Of a stretch of 64,000 nt of DNA, positions 1 through 14,433 are shown piece by piece; the stretch's first letter is position 1, and every line of letters begins with the position of its first letter. The stretch comes from Octopus vulgaris (lineage: Eukaryota). A program made the position numbers and the translations under genes. Under the pieces are notes generated by a model that saw only the letters and a list, made by a program, of their open reading frames with translations, was not told the DNA's origin and searched no databases. The stretch is from positions 98,642,001 to 98,706,000 of the forward strand of contig OX597823.1 of assembly GCA_951406725.2 (NCBI GenBank). Direction: 5' to 3'.

Positions 1-68
1 ATATTAATCAATTAAAACCAGTGGTCTAGCATATTTTTAAAAAATCCGATTAAAAATTTTTTTACATG

Positions 69-144
69 CAAAATTTAGAGGACTGACCGACATCTATATC
101 TAGCATAAGGGCTGTCTACTTTTAGTGGTCAGTCCTCTAAATTT

Positions 145-146
<2 letters not shown>
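69..146. repeat. 20-bp perfect inverted repeat (hairpin) next to a (TA)n tract
   Basis: caaaatttagaggactgacc (69-88) and its reverse complement ggtcagtcctctaaattttg (127-146). Confidence 0.85.
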
Positions 147-190
<44 letters not shown>

Positions 191-623
191 TGTATATGAT
201 CTTAGCCTAAAGGCCATACACACACTTATATAACAAAATAAATATAAATGTAAATGTGCCCTTAGTCAGTTTTGATGAAGAGTTGTACTCTAATCAACTG
301 AAGTACTTGTTTTGTCATTGAGAAGGTAATTCCTTTGATCAAGCAGCTGCATTTCTCATTAAATTACAGCATAAACTGGCAGTGTTTTCCAAAGATCTAT
401 ATATTCTTAATCTAATTCTCATGCACAATCAATACAAAATACAGAAGTGAGAAAGCTGGCCGTTTGTATTACAGTCAGTGTCTCTTGAACAGTTTACCAC
501 ACAGTTTCTGTGTCTCCCATTTCATTCCAGTGGCTCTGATCAAAGACACTGATGCATGATGCTATTTAATGAACCCAGACCCTCATGAATACAAAGCAAA
601 TTTTTTAACCACTCTGCTATGCC

Positions 624-659
<36 letters not shown>

Positions 660-1479
660 ACAAAACCTCAAAAAATTAGAAACCATTATATAAGCATTAT
701 CCAAGCATAATAAGATTATCTAGGAAGTAAATCAACCAATATCAATATAAGTAATAACTATAAATCATGAGTCCACAATCACTTTCAGCTTTACGAGAAT
801 GAAAGACAACTTAGAATAACAATATCCCAAGAAATAAAAAATTCACAAATAAGCATATCAAATATACATTCCCATCATCAGCTGCCAAATGGACATTACT
901 ATGGTTTCAACACCTGAGCAGTACTACTCAATCCTATGGAGTCAACATCATTAAAACATAATACTGCCTGGAACCAATAGAAATTAGCAGGAGCAAAATG
1001 CTATGTGTGTATGTGTATATCTGTATGTATTTTTATGTGTGTATATATATATATATGTTTGTGCTGATACATATATGTATGTATATATGTATGTTTGTAT
1101 ATCTATGCATAGAATTGTATGCTTACACATGCATTCTCTTACATCCTTATACAGAGACATTTTAGGCATGTAAGCTACTCTGCAAGAGAGGATAATAATA
1201 GTATTATTATTAATTCTTTCCAATCTAGGCAAAAAAAAACGAAACTTTAGAAGAAGAGTTTAGTTGATGAAAACAACCTCGACTGGTGCTTTATTTTATC
1301 AATCATGGAAGAATAACTGACAAAACTGATTTTAACAGGATTTGAACTAAGACTGTAAAAACCCAGAACACAAATAATGTCTGGCATTTTTTCTGATGTT
1401 CTAACAGTTCTACAAAGCCATCATCTTTATGATGATCATGATGATGATGATAGTAGTAATAATGATAATAATAATAATT

Positions 1480-1510
<31 letters not shown>

Positions 1511-2522
1511 AGGGACCCAGATAGTTGCCTTGCAACCACTAGAAGCAATGTATGTTAGAGACTATAAAATAGGTACTTGAAAGATTTACTGTTTAAAAAC
1601 TCACAAAGGCTTTCTCCACCCCTCATTTTTTTCTTTTCTTCCAAACTCAATCATATCGTTTAGTATCTTTATCACTTAAATTGTTTCTCTCTCCCCCATC
1701 ATTTGCCTTCCACTTGTGTAAATTTTTCTTCGGTTCTCTTGAAATTTCACCGTTTAAAAATTTATTTCAAAAAATCATTTCTTAACACTGAACACAGTAA
1801 ATGTTTTATTTTATTTATTTATTAATTTTTATTTGTCTGATCATTAACTTAACTGATTTAAACTATTTGGCCAACAATAATTGAGTGTGAAAGACATTGT
1901 GAGGTTTTTCTCTTCGTTGTTCAGACAATTTGTTCAGGAATTTTTTCTTAATTCCTATATTGGCTTTTTTTAAAAAAATAACTGTAAAAATATTTTTTAA
2001 AAGATATTTCATTTTTTCATTTCTACATTTAGAAATGTTTAAAATATGCTTTTTTTTCTTCTTTGAAGAAAATATAAAAACAAAACCTCATCAAGCTTTT
2101 CTTCATTTAACAAATATTTGTGGCAAATGTGATGTGCTGTATGTCTTCAACTCTCTAACCCTTAGTTTTGTCTACTGTATGGAGCAATTTCAACAATATA
2201 ACTAATGCTCTTGGAAAAGACATGAATATTAAAGATTTCCCTTATTCTTTTCCTACAAATCCAAGGCATTATAGCTATTTAAGAAATTCCTAGGTAAATA
2301 TGTGCATGTCTGAGTATGTGTGTATGTAAGGTCTTTTGAAAGCAATAGTTTGCAGAAGACGTTGGTAATTGCCATAATTTGTAAAGAAAATTGAGATTTG
2401 GTAAGCATCAACATAATTCGAATGATCTTTATTAAGAGAAAAGAAAATGTACTTCAGTATAATATATTTTTTTTGTTGTTGACAATTTTTATAGTTTGTT
2501 TATGATTGCAATATATATATAT

Positions 2523-2575
<53 letters not shown>

Positions 2576-2729
2576 CATGTATGTCTATTATAGATATTTG
2601 TAAGTATTATATATATGTACCATATATATACAAGTATATGCATATACATTTATGCAGTCATTCATATATATATATATATGTATACACACACACATATATA
2701 TATACATATATAATTTATATGTGTGTGTG

Positions 2730-2768
<39 letters not shown>

Positions 2769-3989
2769 ACATATATAATATAACATAATTTGATATGATA
2801 TAATATAATCCTCAACAAAATACATGAAAAAGATACAATATTTGAACTGTGGTAAAGTCAATCAATTCCTTTCTCCCCACCTCAGTACATCCATTGTATT
2901 AATGAGTGCAGCTTGAAAGTTCTACTATGTTGACTTCTGTACCAAATCAGTGCCTTTCTGGTGGCAAAGCATTAGTTCTGCTGATAACAAAGTCAATCTA
3001 TATGAATTTCTGTATGGTATATTTTTGTTCTCCAATACATTGGTTCAGAGTAACATTAATTTTTAAGTGAGATATTATTGTTCATTTGATCATTTAAGCA
3101 ATATTATCTACTGTTTAGAATTTCTGATTCAAAGCTCAAAAAGTTATGGTCTTCATGTATGCATGCATGCATACACATTCACATACACATACAAATAAAT
3201 AAAAGTAAAAATGTGTACACACACAGTTGTTTGCTGCTAGTGATGATCTATGTTAGCTTCGTTAAGACAGTTTGTATTAACTATTTAAACACATCAATGT
3301 TTGCAATTTTGTTTTCTAATGAATGATTAGCTCTTCTTAGGGGACTTAGATTTTATCAACCTTTAATAATAGCAACAGTGCACCTCACCAAGCAAATTGC
3401 TTAGTTCATCAAGGGATTACTCGTGTGATTTCATTCAGAATAAATCTAGGAAGGTTTTAGGAAATGTTAAATAACATTATTGCTATTATTGTTTCATTCC
3501 TGGTCAGCTGTGTTTGAACTGACTATGATCAGAGACATCCCAACTACGACCATCTCATCTCATTTTGTGGAGTGTGTTTAGAAGTACATTAGCAAATGTG
3601 TTTTCTCAGCTTTCTTTGAAGATAATAAAGTGTGATTTGAGGGAAATGAGGTTGCTCTTTCTTCCTGTTCTTCTGATGAGAAGTTCCCACTTTTAGGTAG
3701 TTTAACTTTATACCTACAAGTTTGACCCAGGGTTAAATTAATGATTGCCTAAAGACCTAACCATGTCAAAAGATCTCCATAAAATAGAATGTTTAGAAAA
3801 GAATATCACATTTTCCCCTACGGTTAAATGATTCAGCAAATTTCAGTATTTACAATTATTTTAAAGCTTGTGTTTTCACAATTTGATACTCTTTAGAGCA
3901 ATAATCACTTTTCATGGATGAAACTAGTGCCTGTTTCAAAGTAAGCAATATAGCAGACCCTACTTGTTTCAACAGGAGGAAGTATGAAT

Positions 3990-4450
3990 TTCATTAGTTT
4001 AGAAGGTCCTTTGCAAGGCTCTCCAAACATTACTCTTGAAACTTTGTAAGCTGCTGCTAGCAGGAAAAAGCTGAACAAGGAGAAAATTCCAGAGTGTTGA
4101 CATTCTGGGAAGGAAGGACTGGGTATAGTGTAGGGCTAATGGTTGGGCACAACAGGGGAGGAGAGATGAATGAGTTGGAGGTGGCATGAGCCCGGCCTGA
4201 TCTAAGGATCAGCAACCAATATAAGAACAGTGGAAAAGACAGAAATGAAAGAGCATGCTTGTGAGGCAGAGACTAGCACATGTCTGTGAGTGTTTTATGC
4301 CAATCAGACTGAAGGCTGTACTCTAATGCAGTAATTGCACTGTCCCAAATGTAGGAGGGATATGCTATAGTGGCCTCATAAAATGCTATAATTCATAGTA
4401 TGTTTTGAATCTAAGTACAACATTTGAACCACTGCAGCCAATATCAAGAG
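3990..4450 (-). mobile_element. Degenerate 3' end of a CR1/Jockey-group LINE ORF2
   Basis: Minus-strand ORF 3999-4187 ends in 'YTQSFLPRMSTLWNFL..LFP..SLQSFKSNV', matching the SFFPR..LWN.LP...FK C-terminal motif. Upstream reads 'YEATIAYPSYIWDSA', similar to RP.LEY.S.IW. Confidence 0.5.
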
Positions 4451-5820
4451 AACATATGCAAAATTGCCTCTAATGAAGTTTACAGAAATCAGTAATAAAT
4501 AGAATTTTGTATACTAATGTCTTCAAATACATCTGATGACAGGGATGATAGGGATACCTATAAATATATCTTCATGTTGAATGCTTAGAGAAGGTTAACC
4601 TGGTAGCATCCATCATTACCTCTTCAAGCTATATGCACAACAATACTTTAATTCAACTCTGCAGAGTAACAAAATAGCTGCCAATTTTACAGTGCTCCTA
4701 CTACTGTTACAATGTCAACTTTTACCTACTTAAAGCAATTACTTATATCTAGTTCAACTGGACCATTTCATTATTAAATATACCATTTATAAGCAATGCC
4801 ATCACTTTATCAGTTCACCTATTTTAACTTTTTATAATTCAGAATGTAACAACAGCCAAGATTGTTACTATATTTGGTTACAGAACTTCAAACATAAATA
4901 GAATATGTAAATTATTTACCTTGATATCATATAGATTAACAATTTACATGATAGAACTGGTGAGTACTGAGGCCTTCAAACTGTGTGTGTATTCATTGAA
5001 ATTTATCTAAATTGATTGCAGTTTAAATTAGTAAAGATTGCAAAAGCTAGACAACAATAATTAGAAAAAAATCAGTTTAATAAAAAACATATTAAAAAAA
5101 CTCAGTTTAAATCTTATAAAATATTTCATCAAAATTACAGCCTGACATGAAAATTTACTAATGCACACACACACAGAAAAAATAATCAAAATCAAAACAT
5201 TTTAATTTTGTTTTTATAAAACTGCTTTACACATTTATTTTTACCATTTGGCACTTCTCAGCAAATAGTAAATTTATAAAGAAAAATATGTGAAGAACTT
5301 AACTTTTACTCCTTTTTTATTTTCTTGATATATATATGTATGTATGTTGATGCAAACAAAAAAAAAATAGAACTCAAAATATGAGTATATGTATATTTTT
5401 ATTAATATTTAGCAGAAGCAACTAGTTTGATAAGTGCCAACACATGAATCTCTCAGACTTTGAGTTACTCTGTTACTTATGCTAAATATCAATAAATCAT
5501 AAATATTTATATATATATATACACAGACAGACATATGCATATATACATATATATATATAATGTATATATATTTTATATATATAGTTACATATATGCACAC
5601 ACACAAACACACAATATATACATATATACATTTTTATAAATCTATATATTTATCTATTTTATATACATTTTTATTTATATATGTATATTTATATATATAT
5701 TTATATATATACATATATATACATATACATGCATATACATATACATATATATACATATACATATATATACATATATATATATATATATACATATATATAC
5801 ATATACATATATATACATAT

Positions 5821-5896
<76 letters not shown>

Positions 5897-6914
5897 AAGA
5901 AATAAAGATCAATAGATAGATTTCTTAGGAAAATTATGATTTTAATAAGCAAAAAGATTATTAAATGTCATCTCTAATTGAGGAATCAGATTTGGAGATA
6001 TCAATTTATTCCTATATATATATTTGTTTGTTTGTTTGGTGTTTACCTGCAGCATTTCTACAGAGCAGCAGATTGTATATATGTATGCACTAAAACTTCT
6101 GAAAATCCAAAAAATGTGTGTGTTGTGAATGTTCTATTTTATTCTTGGGTGCTTACAGCTTTGTATTTAAGGGATGATCAACTTTTGACTATTTTCAAGT
6201 TAATTCAGCAGAATTTTGTCAACATACCATATTTATCTTAATATTGTGTTTCAAAGATATTCTCAACCCAACTTCTTCATAGTCAATTTTCCAATGTATA
6301 AATATTTTATGATGACACCACAATGTGGCATCGATCATTCTAACAATTCTTTCTTCCTTTCTTTTCCTTTTGAATACATTATTATTTTTTCTTTTTCATT
6401 TTTGCTTGTCTAATCTGTTTTCAAGATATTTTTATACTGTGAGAAAAATAAAAAAAGAAAAAAATGATTAAAATTATATTAAAAAATAAGACTATTTCCC
6501 TTTCTACTAATAATGGATGGCTGTTGTAAACCGTCTCTGGAAGATAATTGACCAGTGGACAGTGATACTATTTGTATTTTTGAAGTTCTTGTCTTAAAGA
6601 AGAAATTGGACTTTGTGTTTCAACCAGAAACAAATTGAAACTGGTTTACACATGGCTGAGTGTACAACATCTTCTGTAATTGTTGTTTTACATTCCACAG
6701 AATTCTTACTTATGCACATGTTATGTTGCTAACTTCAAAATGAAATGCATGAAAAATAAAATTTTAAAAAATTTAAACAAATTTCTTAATTGTTATTTAC
6801 TATTTGCAGTTTCTTTTGCTTCTAAACAAATTTAACATACCTGTTCTTCACTTCCATTGAGAGTTCTTTTCTAGCAATTTCACTTATGTATGTGTATGTA
6901 TATGTATACATTAT

Positions 6915-7320
6915 GACTGGCACCCGGCTGTTGCCAGTGCTGCTGGATTGACTTCTGTGCAGGTGGCAAGTAAAGAAACACCGTTTCAACCCTGTGCTTG
7001 AGGAGACCTATTGAGTCAAGTATATCAACATCAAAAATCAATGGAGATTGTAGTTGTGATCCCTGTGCCAGTGGCACATAAAAAGCGCCAACTGATCATG
7101 GCCGTTGCAAGCCTCGCCTGGCACCTGTGCTGGTGGCACGTAAAAAGCACCCACTAAACTCGCGGAGTCGTTGGCAATAGGAAGGGTATCCAGATGTAGA
7201 AACTTTGCCAGATCAAGATTCGAGCCTGGTGCAGCCTTCTGGCTTCCCAGACCCCGGACGAACCATCCAACCCATGCTAGCATGGGAAACGGGTGTTAGA
7301 CGATGATGATAATGATGATG
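6915..7320 (+). mobile_element. Interspersed SINE-like repeat with (GAT)n tail (family C)
   Basis: Shares 'gcacctgtg..ggtggcacgtaaaaagcacccactac...ggaagggcatccag..gtagaaac...cccatgctagcatgg...gatgatgat' with copies at 22466, 58034 and 58288. Confidence 0.85.
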
Positions 7321-7429
7321 TATATATGTATGTATTCTCTTCTGTTTTAATAATTTGAAGTCTCCCTGTAGGGAAGGAGCTGGTTTCTAACAAGGATACA
7401 AAGCCCTCTATTGTTGGAAAGTAACTAAT

Positions 7430-8590
7430 GACATTGTCAGATGTTGAACATAAGAACAGTATTGTATATTTTTGCTGTTCTGCTAACAGATTTTTATTTG
7501 TAATGTGTGTATTAACTGGTTGATTTCTTTCTCTGGAAAATAGCCTTTCCAGGTTGTCACTCAGGTATTTACTAATAAAACCAAGAGCACTAATTATCAT
7601 TGGTATAAATGTGAATTTATAATCTAGGTATAAAAACTGAAGATTTTAAGCAGTTGTTTATAGCTATCCTCATTTCAAAAAAAAATTTTGATGAGGTAGA
7701 TTACCCCTGTGACAATACATTTCCTGTCCCTAACAATATTTAACCTATTATGTTTGCACAGTGGCAGATCTACCATAAAACTAATGAAGCTTAAGCTTCA
7801 GGACCTGTAATCCCAGAGGGGCTCCTCTGAAGCAAATTAATTTTTTCATTCTATCAATTTCCTTGTTTTTGTATTTTGCCATGCAGATTGCTGTTACCAG
7901 TCTTAGTGGACGTCATATCATACTCCTACAGAGTCTAGACATGAGCTGTTCACCTGCTGTTTCTACCAGTGTGGAGTAGCATAAAAATTGAAAGTACAAA
8001 TTACTCGCAGATAATTCGCTTTACTTGAATTATTTTGGAAACTTCAGCCCTGCCTCTCCCATTGTCACCTTCAAGTCTTTTGGGGAAAACATATTCATGT
8101 ATGATCTTTATTTGGTATACTGAGTATTTCACATCCAGGTCTTCTTTGAGGTATGTCAGTTCAGCTATTTTGGGATTGAATATGAGATTGTCATGAAGAG
8201 AGTACTTCCTGAGGATCTCACTGCCAACACACAGGATATTGTTCTCTTCAATTCTCAGCACTAGGTTTATATATTTATTTTTGCTGCTGTTGTTCAGCAA
8301 GTGCTGTCCAAGAGAGATTATATGGCATTCAAAGGCTGTCTACACTGATCTCAAAGCATTCCATCTCGTTCATCTCTTCTTAAGTAGAGCCGGTCAATAT
8401 CATTGTTTCTGTGAAAGTTTGTAATTGATGTCAAGATCTTATGGGTTTTAATGTCTTTCAAGTGTATTTCCCTTTCAGACCAGTCAGGTGCATTAAATGT
8501 AGCTAGCAACACTCTGAATGTATTGTGGAGCACCGTCTTGTTGTAAGAGGAGAGTTCTGACTACTACATTTTTCTAAGTTCAGTTGTAAT
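7430..8590 (-). mobile_element. Degenerate R4/Dong-type (RLE) non-LTR retrotransposon, interrupted at about 7760-7990
   Basis: 'W..REIHLKDIKTHKILT...FH.NNDIDRLYL' (8351-8533) matches the R4 RT C-terminus D.KTRK.LT..H...DRLY. 'KHNR.NIV...YKFTFIPMIISALGFISKYL' (7500-7750) matches the RLE C-terminus. A hAT-like end 'cagtggcagatct' lies at about 7760. Confidence 0.6.
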
Positions 8591-9763
8591 ATTCTTAGCT
8601 CTCACTATCTTTATTCATGGCACTGTCATATATGTTTTCATATGTATCTGTCTATCTATTTATCAATGTCTGTCTTTATCTATCTATCTTTGTCAGTCTG
8701 TCTATCTATCTGTCTATTTTTCTGCTTTTATATCTGTTTATTCTTAACTTGCTGCTCTATCTACCTGTTTTCTTTTCCTTCTTTTCCTGTTGTTTCCTTA
8801 ATATGATCTACTGGTTGTTGTTTTTCTATTTCCCATTTCTGTTCCTCTGTCTCTTATTTCCCTGTAGTTGTTGATCTCCTCACAGGTCTTTATCTACCTA
8901 GTTTTATACTATTTACATAATACTATTATCTACCTCTTTGTCCAACTATCTATCTTCTTTCTTTTTATTGCCTTACACCTCCCATTTATATTGCTGTAAC
9001 TTTATCACACACTTCATGTCTCAGTTCTACAGGCATTTTCACTCCCCTTCTCTCACACTTTTTTCTTTACTTCCTCTCAACTATCATAAGAGATGAAAGA
9101 ATATCTTCAAGACATTGATTTCTCCATGAGTTTTATAGTGAATATAGTGGAATCTATTTTACTGGAACCTCCAACTGGTTAAAAATAACCTTCATGTGCA
9201 TCTCCTGAGTAAATATGCTGAACAGAAGCACTAAGGCTTATTTGGAGAGAATCAATAGACATTGAAGAACTGACAAAGTGTAGCTTGCCTAAGCTTGCTT
9301 GAGCTTCTTATATACAAGACACATGACAAACATCAAGGAAAAAAAAAAAGCAACAAAAAATATGAACCAGTTGCATTCAACTCATCTTACAAAAATTCAT
9401 GGAAAGATTGTCTAGAATGTACTTGGTATTCATTTATCTTGGTGGTGGTGGTGGTGGTAGAATTGGAATATAGATGTACTTTCAACTCTCCTCATGGTCC
9501 CATAATCAATATGTATGTATGTATGTATGTGTGTATGTATGTATGTATGTATGTATGTATGTATGTATGTATGTATGTATGTATGTATGTACAACACATA
9601 TACACACACATATATTTCACTATATCAAACTAGACTGACAGATGTTTTTATATACTACTGGTCACAATACTACTTCTGATTCTTTGCCATCTTGCCCCAG
9701 ATTGATTAACTAAATTGTTATACATTTGTATGTATATACATAGGTATGTATTTCTCTTACACA

Positions 9764-9828
9764 CTACCTGATGAGCAATATTGTTCTTAAACCTAAGGAA
9801 CATCGTGTAGCAGAAAGCATTTGAGCTA
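9764..9828 (+). ncRNA. Degenerate hammerhead-like motif
   Basis: CTGATGA-GC...imperfect hairpin tgttctta/taaggaaca...GC-A-GAAA. Helices I and III are decayed. Confidence 0.3.
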
Positions 9829-12800
9829 TCTCAATCTTTCTTTTCACTTCATATTTCTCATTTCCTGATTGCATATATCATAAGTGTATCCTTGATGTCC
9901 GTTCAATTGGATTTCCTTAATTATAATATTTACATTTGGTGACTGCTGTTTCATGCAAACAATCATTGATTTTGTTTTCTCTATACCATTTCCATTCCTT
10001 TGTCATTTAGTGTAGTCACAAGGTTCTTTAGATAATTTCTGTTGAAAGTTGCTAAAGCATATAAGGTTACTGATCTTCATACTTCCTAATGGCGCACTTG
10101 GCACTCTTATACTTTTCCCCAAATCTTCTCCATTTGGTTTTTTTCATTTTAACATATGTTGTTCCATGTTTTTGTGGGATGGACAGGGATACATTTGAAG
10201 CAGGATTCTATAACCAGCTGCTCTTCCTTTCACCTAAATCCCTAGCTCTTTTATAAATAAGGAATTTTCTTATTCCACAGATCTTTGAAAGTGCATAAAG
10301 TGCAAATTTATCATATCAAGAAGGAATGTAAACTTATCATTGTTGTACTCAAGAGAAACTGTGGTATGTCGACATTAGGGCCATTCTTGCATGATGTATA
10401 CATCAGTCAGAGACACAAACAATGAAACATCTAGGCTGTAAATCTTGAAGATTTTTCACAGTAAAGTTTGAACCTATTCTGAAATTAAAAGTTTAACACC
10501 CAACCTCAAATGTTTTCACAAAATACATTTTCTGCAAGGATAATGAATAATGATCGAATAGAATATATTTTGATACTAACTGTCAACACTGATACTTTGT
10601 GAACCAAACACCGTCGGTTTCTGAAGAGTTTCATTATAAACAAACAGCCAAAACTGAAAAACTGGATAACAATAACAAAAAAGCTCTGACTGCAGTTTTG
10701 TGTATATTATCGATATCCTGTGTCTTATCTGTGAATGTTTTATTGTTTGATAACGTTTGTCACATTTGTACATTGTTCTAGTTTCTATTGCTAATATTTT
10801 GAGCTTGGACAAAGCAGTTTTGTTGCAACAATTTAAAAATTGTTCCTGATGTTTTTTATTGTTAAAGGGGAACCTGTCAACTGCAACCTATGGTATCAGT
10901 GTAATCAATAAAATCCTTACAATAATATCAACTGGATTAGATGGAAAAAACTAGCTTTATTTACTAAGGATCAAAATTGCATTTTTTTTCTAGATGTGAG
11001 GTTTTAAAAATATTTCCAGTTTTGTGCTTTGTTGTTTTTTTATGATGATCGCTTAACATCAACCACATTGAACTCACATTCCCGTTATAAAGACTTGCTA
11101 TGTATGTTGTATCCGTAGCCTTAGCAAGTTTTTATAAGGGCATGACCAGCCATGTGGGTTCTGCAAGAGCTATGGACACTACTGTTTTTCCTTGATTTAA
11201 ATAATCTTGGTTAAATCTTATTTTAAATATGGGTGGGGTGGGGGAGCAGAGTGAAAGAAAATGCAAACGAAATGAAGAGGTAAGGCCAGAAGAGAAGACA
11301 GTTAAATAGGAAAGAAATGAAAGTTAACAGAGGGAAATGGAAAGTATGAAATTACTTAATGTTATTGTGTAACATGGAAAATACCAATATCTAAATTCAA
11401 GTATAACATTTACATTTATAAATTCAAGGATATCAGTTCATAATCACTGAACTTAGTTCTTCACATGTATTCATGTGGGTAATCCTCCTTGTGTATTCTT
11501 ATTCAATTTTAATTGAAGACTTGCCTGCTTATAATTAACAGTGGACCAAGACGGTTTCTTTCAAAGAATGAATGAGCTTGTATTGTGCAGACAAATGTTC
11601 TGTGATGACAATGTCTCTTCTTTCCATCAAGTGCTTAAGCCAACTTTGCTAATCTGACAAGATTATGACACTGTCACAGGCAACTATCATCTTTATTTAA
11701 GGAGTGCATTTCAGCTGCAATATCTGCAACACGTTATACATAATTTGCAGATATTATAAGCACAGGTGTCTGCAGATATGTCCTCATTCTCAATGCAATA
11801 GCAAAATATGTATTTTACACCCTTATTTCTTCTACGACAGGGAAGTCTGTGTCATAACTTCCAGTATTTTTTAGTTTCATTTCTTTCACAATTTACTTAT
11901 ACATTTATATTTTAGCATCTTTAAATGAGATTTTTTTTAAATATTGGAAGAAGAAAGTAAAAAATTAGAACATGCATAAAAGAACAATTTGATTCAGTAT
12001 CAAAAAGAATTGTTAATATTGACCCTAATTTCACTAAAGACATTTAGAATTCATTAAAACTCTAAATATATTTTACAAACTGTTTTTTTTTTGTTTTTTT
12101 TTTCATGCATGTTTTGGTAGGAGTTATTTTTCTCTTCATTGAATGGAATATTTTTACTTCCAGAAATTAAATCTAATTCATTGACAAGTTTAACATAATC
12201 ACCTGGAGCTTGGGTACCTTTAGTGAAGCTTATTAACTCTACTACAAAGACTAATAAATCCTACATAAAATATTTTTTTTAAATCCCATAAAAATATTTT
12301 TTTAAAATCAAAATTAAAAAAATATATACATAAAATATAAAAAAAATTTAACAAGATGGTCATATGTGGAATATTAGTTGAATGATGAAAAGTTGGCACA
12401 GAAACAATTGTCTCAGGAAATTTCACTTCGTTGTTCAACCAATCAACTGCCGACATATTATAGGTCTGCTTACTGAAGATTAACCTGGAGCTTAACACCA
12501 AAAACAGCAGTAGCAACAATAAAAAATCTATAATTTTACTTTGCAGTGACAAGTTAGTGAAAACTAAAATATCTGTTCATGAAACCAATAACTTCAACAG
12601 TTTGCAACTGTGCTATTCGCTGAGAACTAAGATGGAAAAATCAATGTAAAGCAAATTACTAATAATAATGATTATTCTTACTAGTTTTGGCACAAGGCCA
12701 GCAATTTAGTAGGATGGCTAAGTTGATTACATCATCCTCAGTGCTCAGCTGGTCCTATTCTATTGACCCTGAAAGGATGAAGGGCAAAGTTGACCTTAGT

Positions 12801-13149
12801 AGAATTTGAACTAAAAACGTAAAAATTTGGAAGAAATACTAGCAAGCATTTTCTCTGCACTCACCACCATAATAATAATAATCCTTTCTACTCTAATTAG
12901 AAGGCCTGAAACTCTGAGAGAGCCCAAGTCAATTAAACTGACCCCGGTGTTCAACTGGCACTTATTTTATTGACCCTGAAAAGATGTAAACATATCAACA
13001 CCGGCTGTCAAACAATATTGGGGGACAAATACACACACACATGATGGGCTTCTTTCAGTGAGATTGAACCTGGAACCATGTAGCTGCACCTTGATTACAC
13101 ACAACCATGCCTGCACCTTGATTACATCAACATCACTACTTAAATGGTA

Positions 13150-14433
13150 TTGGGTTGGCAAAAAAGTAATTTCTTTTTTCACAAATAGAATTAGGATTTT
13201 TTTCAATGGATTTTGTCAATGTTATGTTTCTTTTTTTGACATTTGATTGCTGTTACTTTTAGCTTACTTTAGAAGCAAATTGCATGTAATTTTGCTTACA
13301 GCTGTTAGTTCAGTATCAATTTTAACATGGAGTGCAAAAGTGAACATTTTCGCCATATTTTGCTTTTTTATTTCCATAAAGGCAAAGAAAGCTGCTGAGG
13401 CTCAGAAAGAGATATGCGAAGTTTATCGTGTTGATTGCTTAACAGAACGCACATGTCAGAAATGGTTTAAAAAATTTGGTTCTGGAAATTTTTCACTCAA
13501 AGATGATCAACGTTCTGGTTGATCTACTGAAGTTGATGGCTGAATCAACGCCATAATTGAATCTGATTGTCATATAACAGTGCAAGAGATTGCAGAGAGG
13601 TTAAATGTATCACACACAGTAATTGAAAATCACTTTAAATGTCTTGGACTCGTTAAGAAGCTTGATATTTGGGTTCCACATAAATTGAAAGACGTTCACT
13701 TAACATAATGATCAATATTTGCGATATGCATCTCAAATGCAATGAAATTGATCTTTTTTTTTATAGGAATCATCACTGGTGATGAAAAATGGGTTGTCTA
13801 CAATAACATCAATGGAAAATTGTCATGGTCCAAGCGTAATGAACCAGCTGCAAATCGCATCGAGAGCTAAATTCCACCAAAAAATGGTCAAGCTGTTAAT
13901 TTGGTGGGATTACAAAGGTGTTGTGTATTTTGAGCTGCTTCCAAGGAACCAAACAATCAATTTAGATGTTTACTGTCAACAACTAATGAAACTAGAGGAA
14001 GCAGTCAAAGACAAATGGTTAGAATTGGCAAAACATAAAAGAATTGTGTTCCACCATGACAACGCTAGACCACACACGTCTTTGCTGACTGGTGAAAAAT
14101 TATTGGAGCTTGGTTGGGAAATGATGTCACATCCACCATATAGCCCTGACCTTGCACCATCAGGTTACCATTTATTTTGAAGTTTGAAAAATTCTTTGAA
14201 TGGTAAAACTTTCAATAATGATGATGACCTGAAATTGCACTTGCTTCAGTTTTTGGCTCATAAGGACACAGAAGTTCTATGGACACAGAGTCATGAAGTT
14301 GTCAGAAAGATGACAAAAGGTCATCAAACAAAATGGAAAATATATAATTGATTTAAGTTCATTCTTTGTATGAGAAAAAAATTACTTTTATTACACACTA
14401 AAAAAAATCGAAATTACTTTCTAGCCAACCCAA
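13150..14433 (+). mobile_element. Full-length (1284 bp) defective mariner transposon, mellifera-subfamily-like
   Basis: TIRs ttgggttggcaaaaaagtaatttc and gaaattactttctagccaacccaa, with TA duplications at 13148-13149 and 14434-14435. The transposase carries WVPH, TGDEKW, HDNARPH and YSPDLAP motifs. Confidence 0.95.
13327..14356 (+). pseudogene. Mariner (DD34D family) transposase pseudogene
   Basis: ATG at 13327 (MECKSEHFRHILLF...). Frameshifts and stops split it into ORFs 13247-13522 and 13779-14180. The motif reads YSPDLAPSGY, so the third catalytic D is mutated to G. Confidence 0.92.

Noticed and set aside
775-885. CUGAUGA...GAAA on the minus strand
   Set aside because: Helix II and helix III do not pair; at best a heavily decayed relic.
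2506-5952. ORFs rich in YI/HT/CV dipeptides (also 37315-37977, 49394-51105, 54831-56170)
   Set aside because: They are translations of (TA)n/(CA)n microsatellites.
10636-10730. Minus-strand frame ending in a hydrophobic, GPI-signal-like tail (AVRAFLLLLSSFSVLAVCL*)
   Set aside because: The splice acceptor is weak, there is an in-frame stop just upstream, and no linked exons were found.
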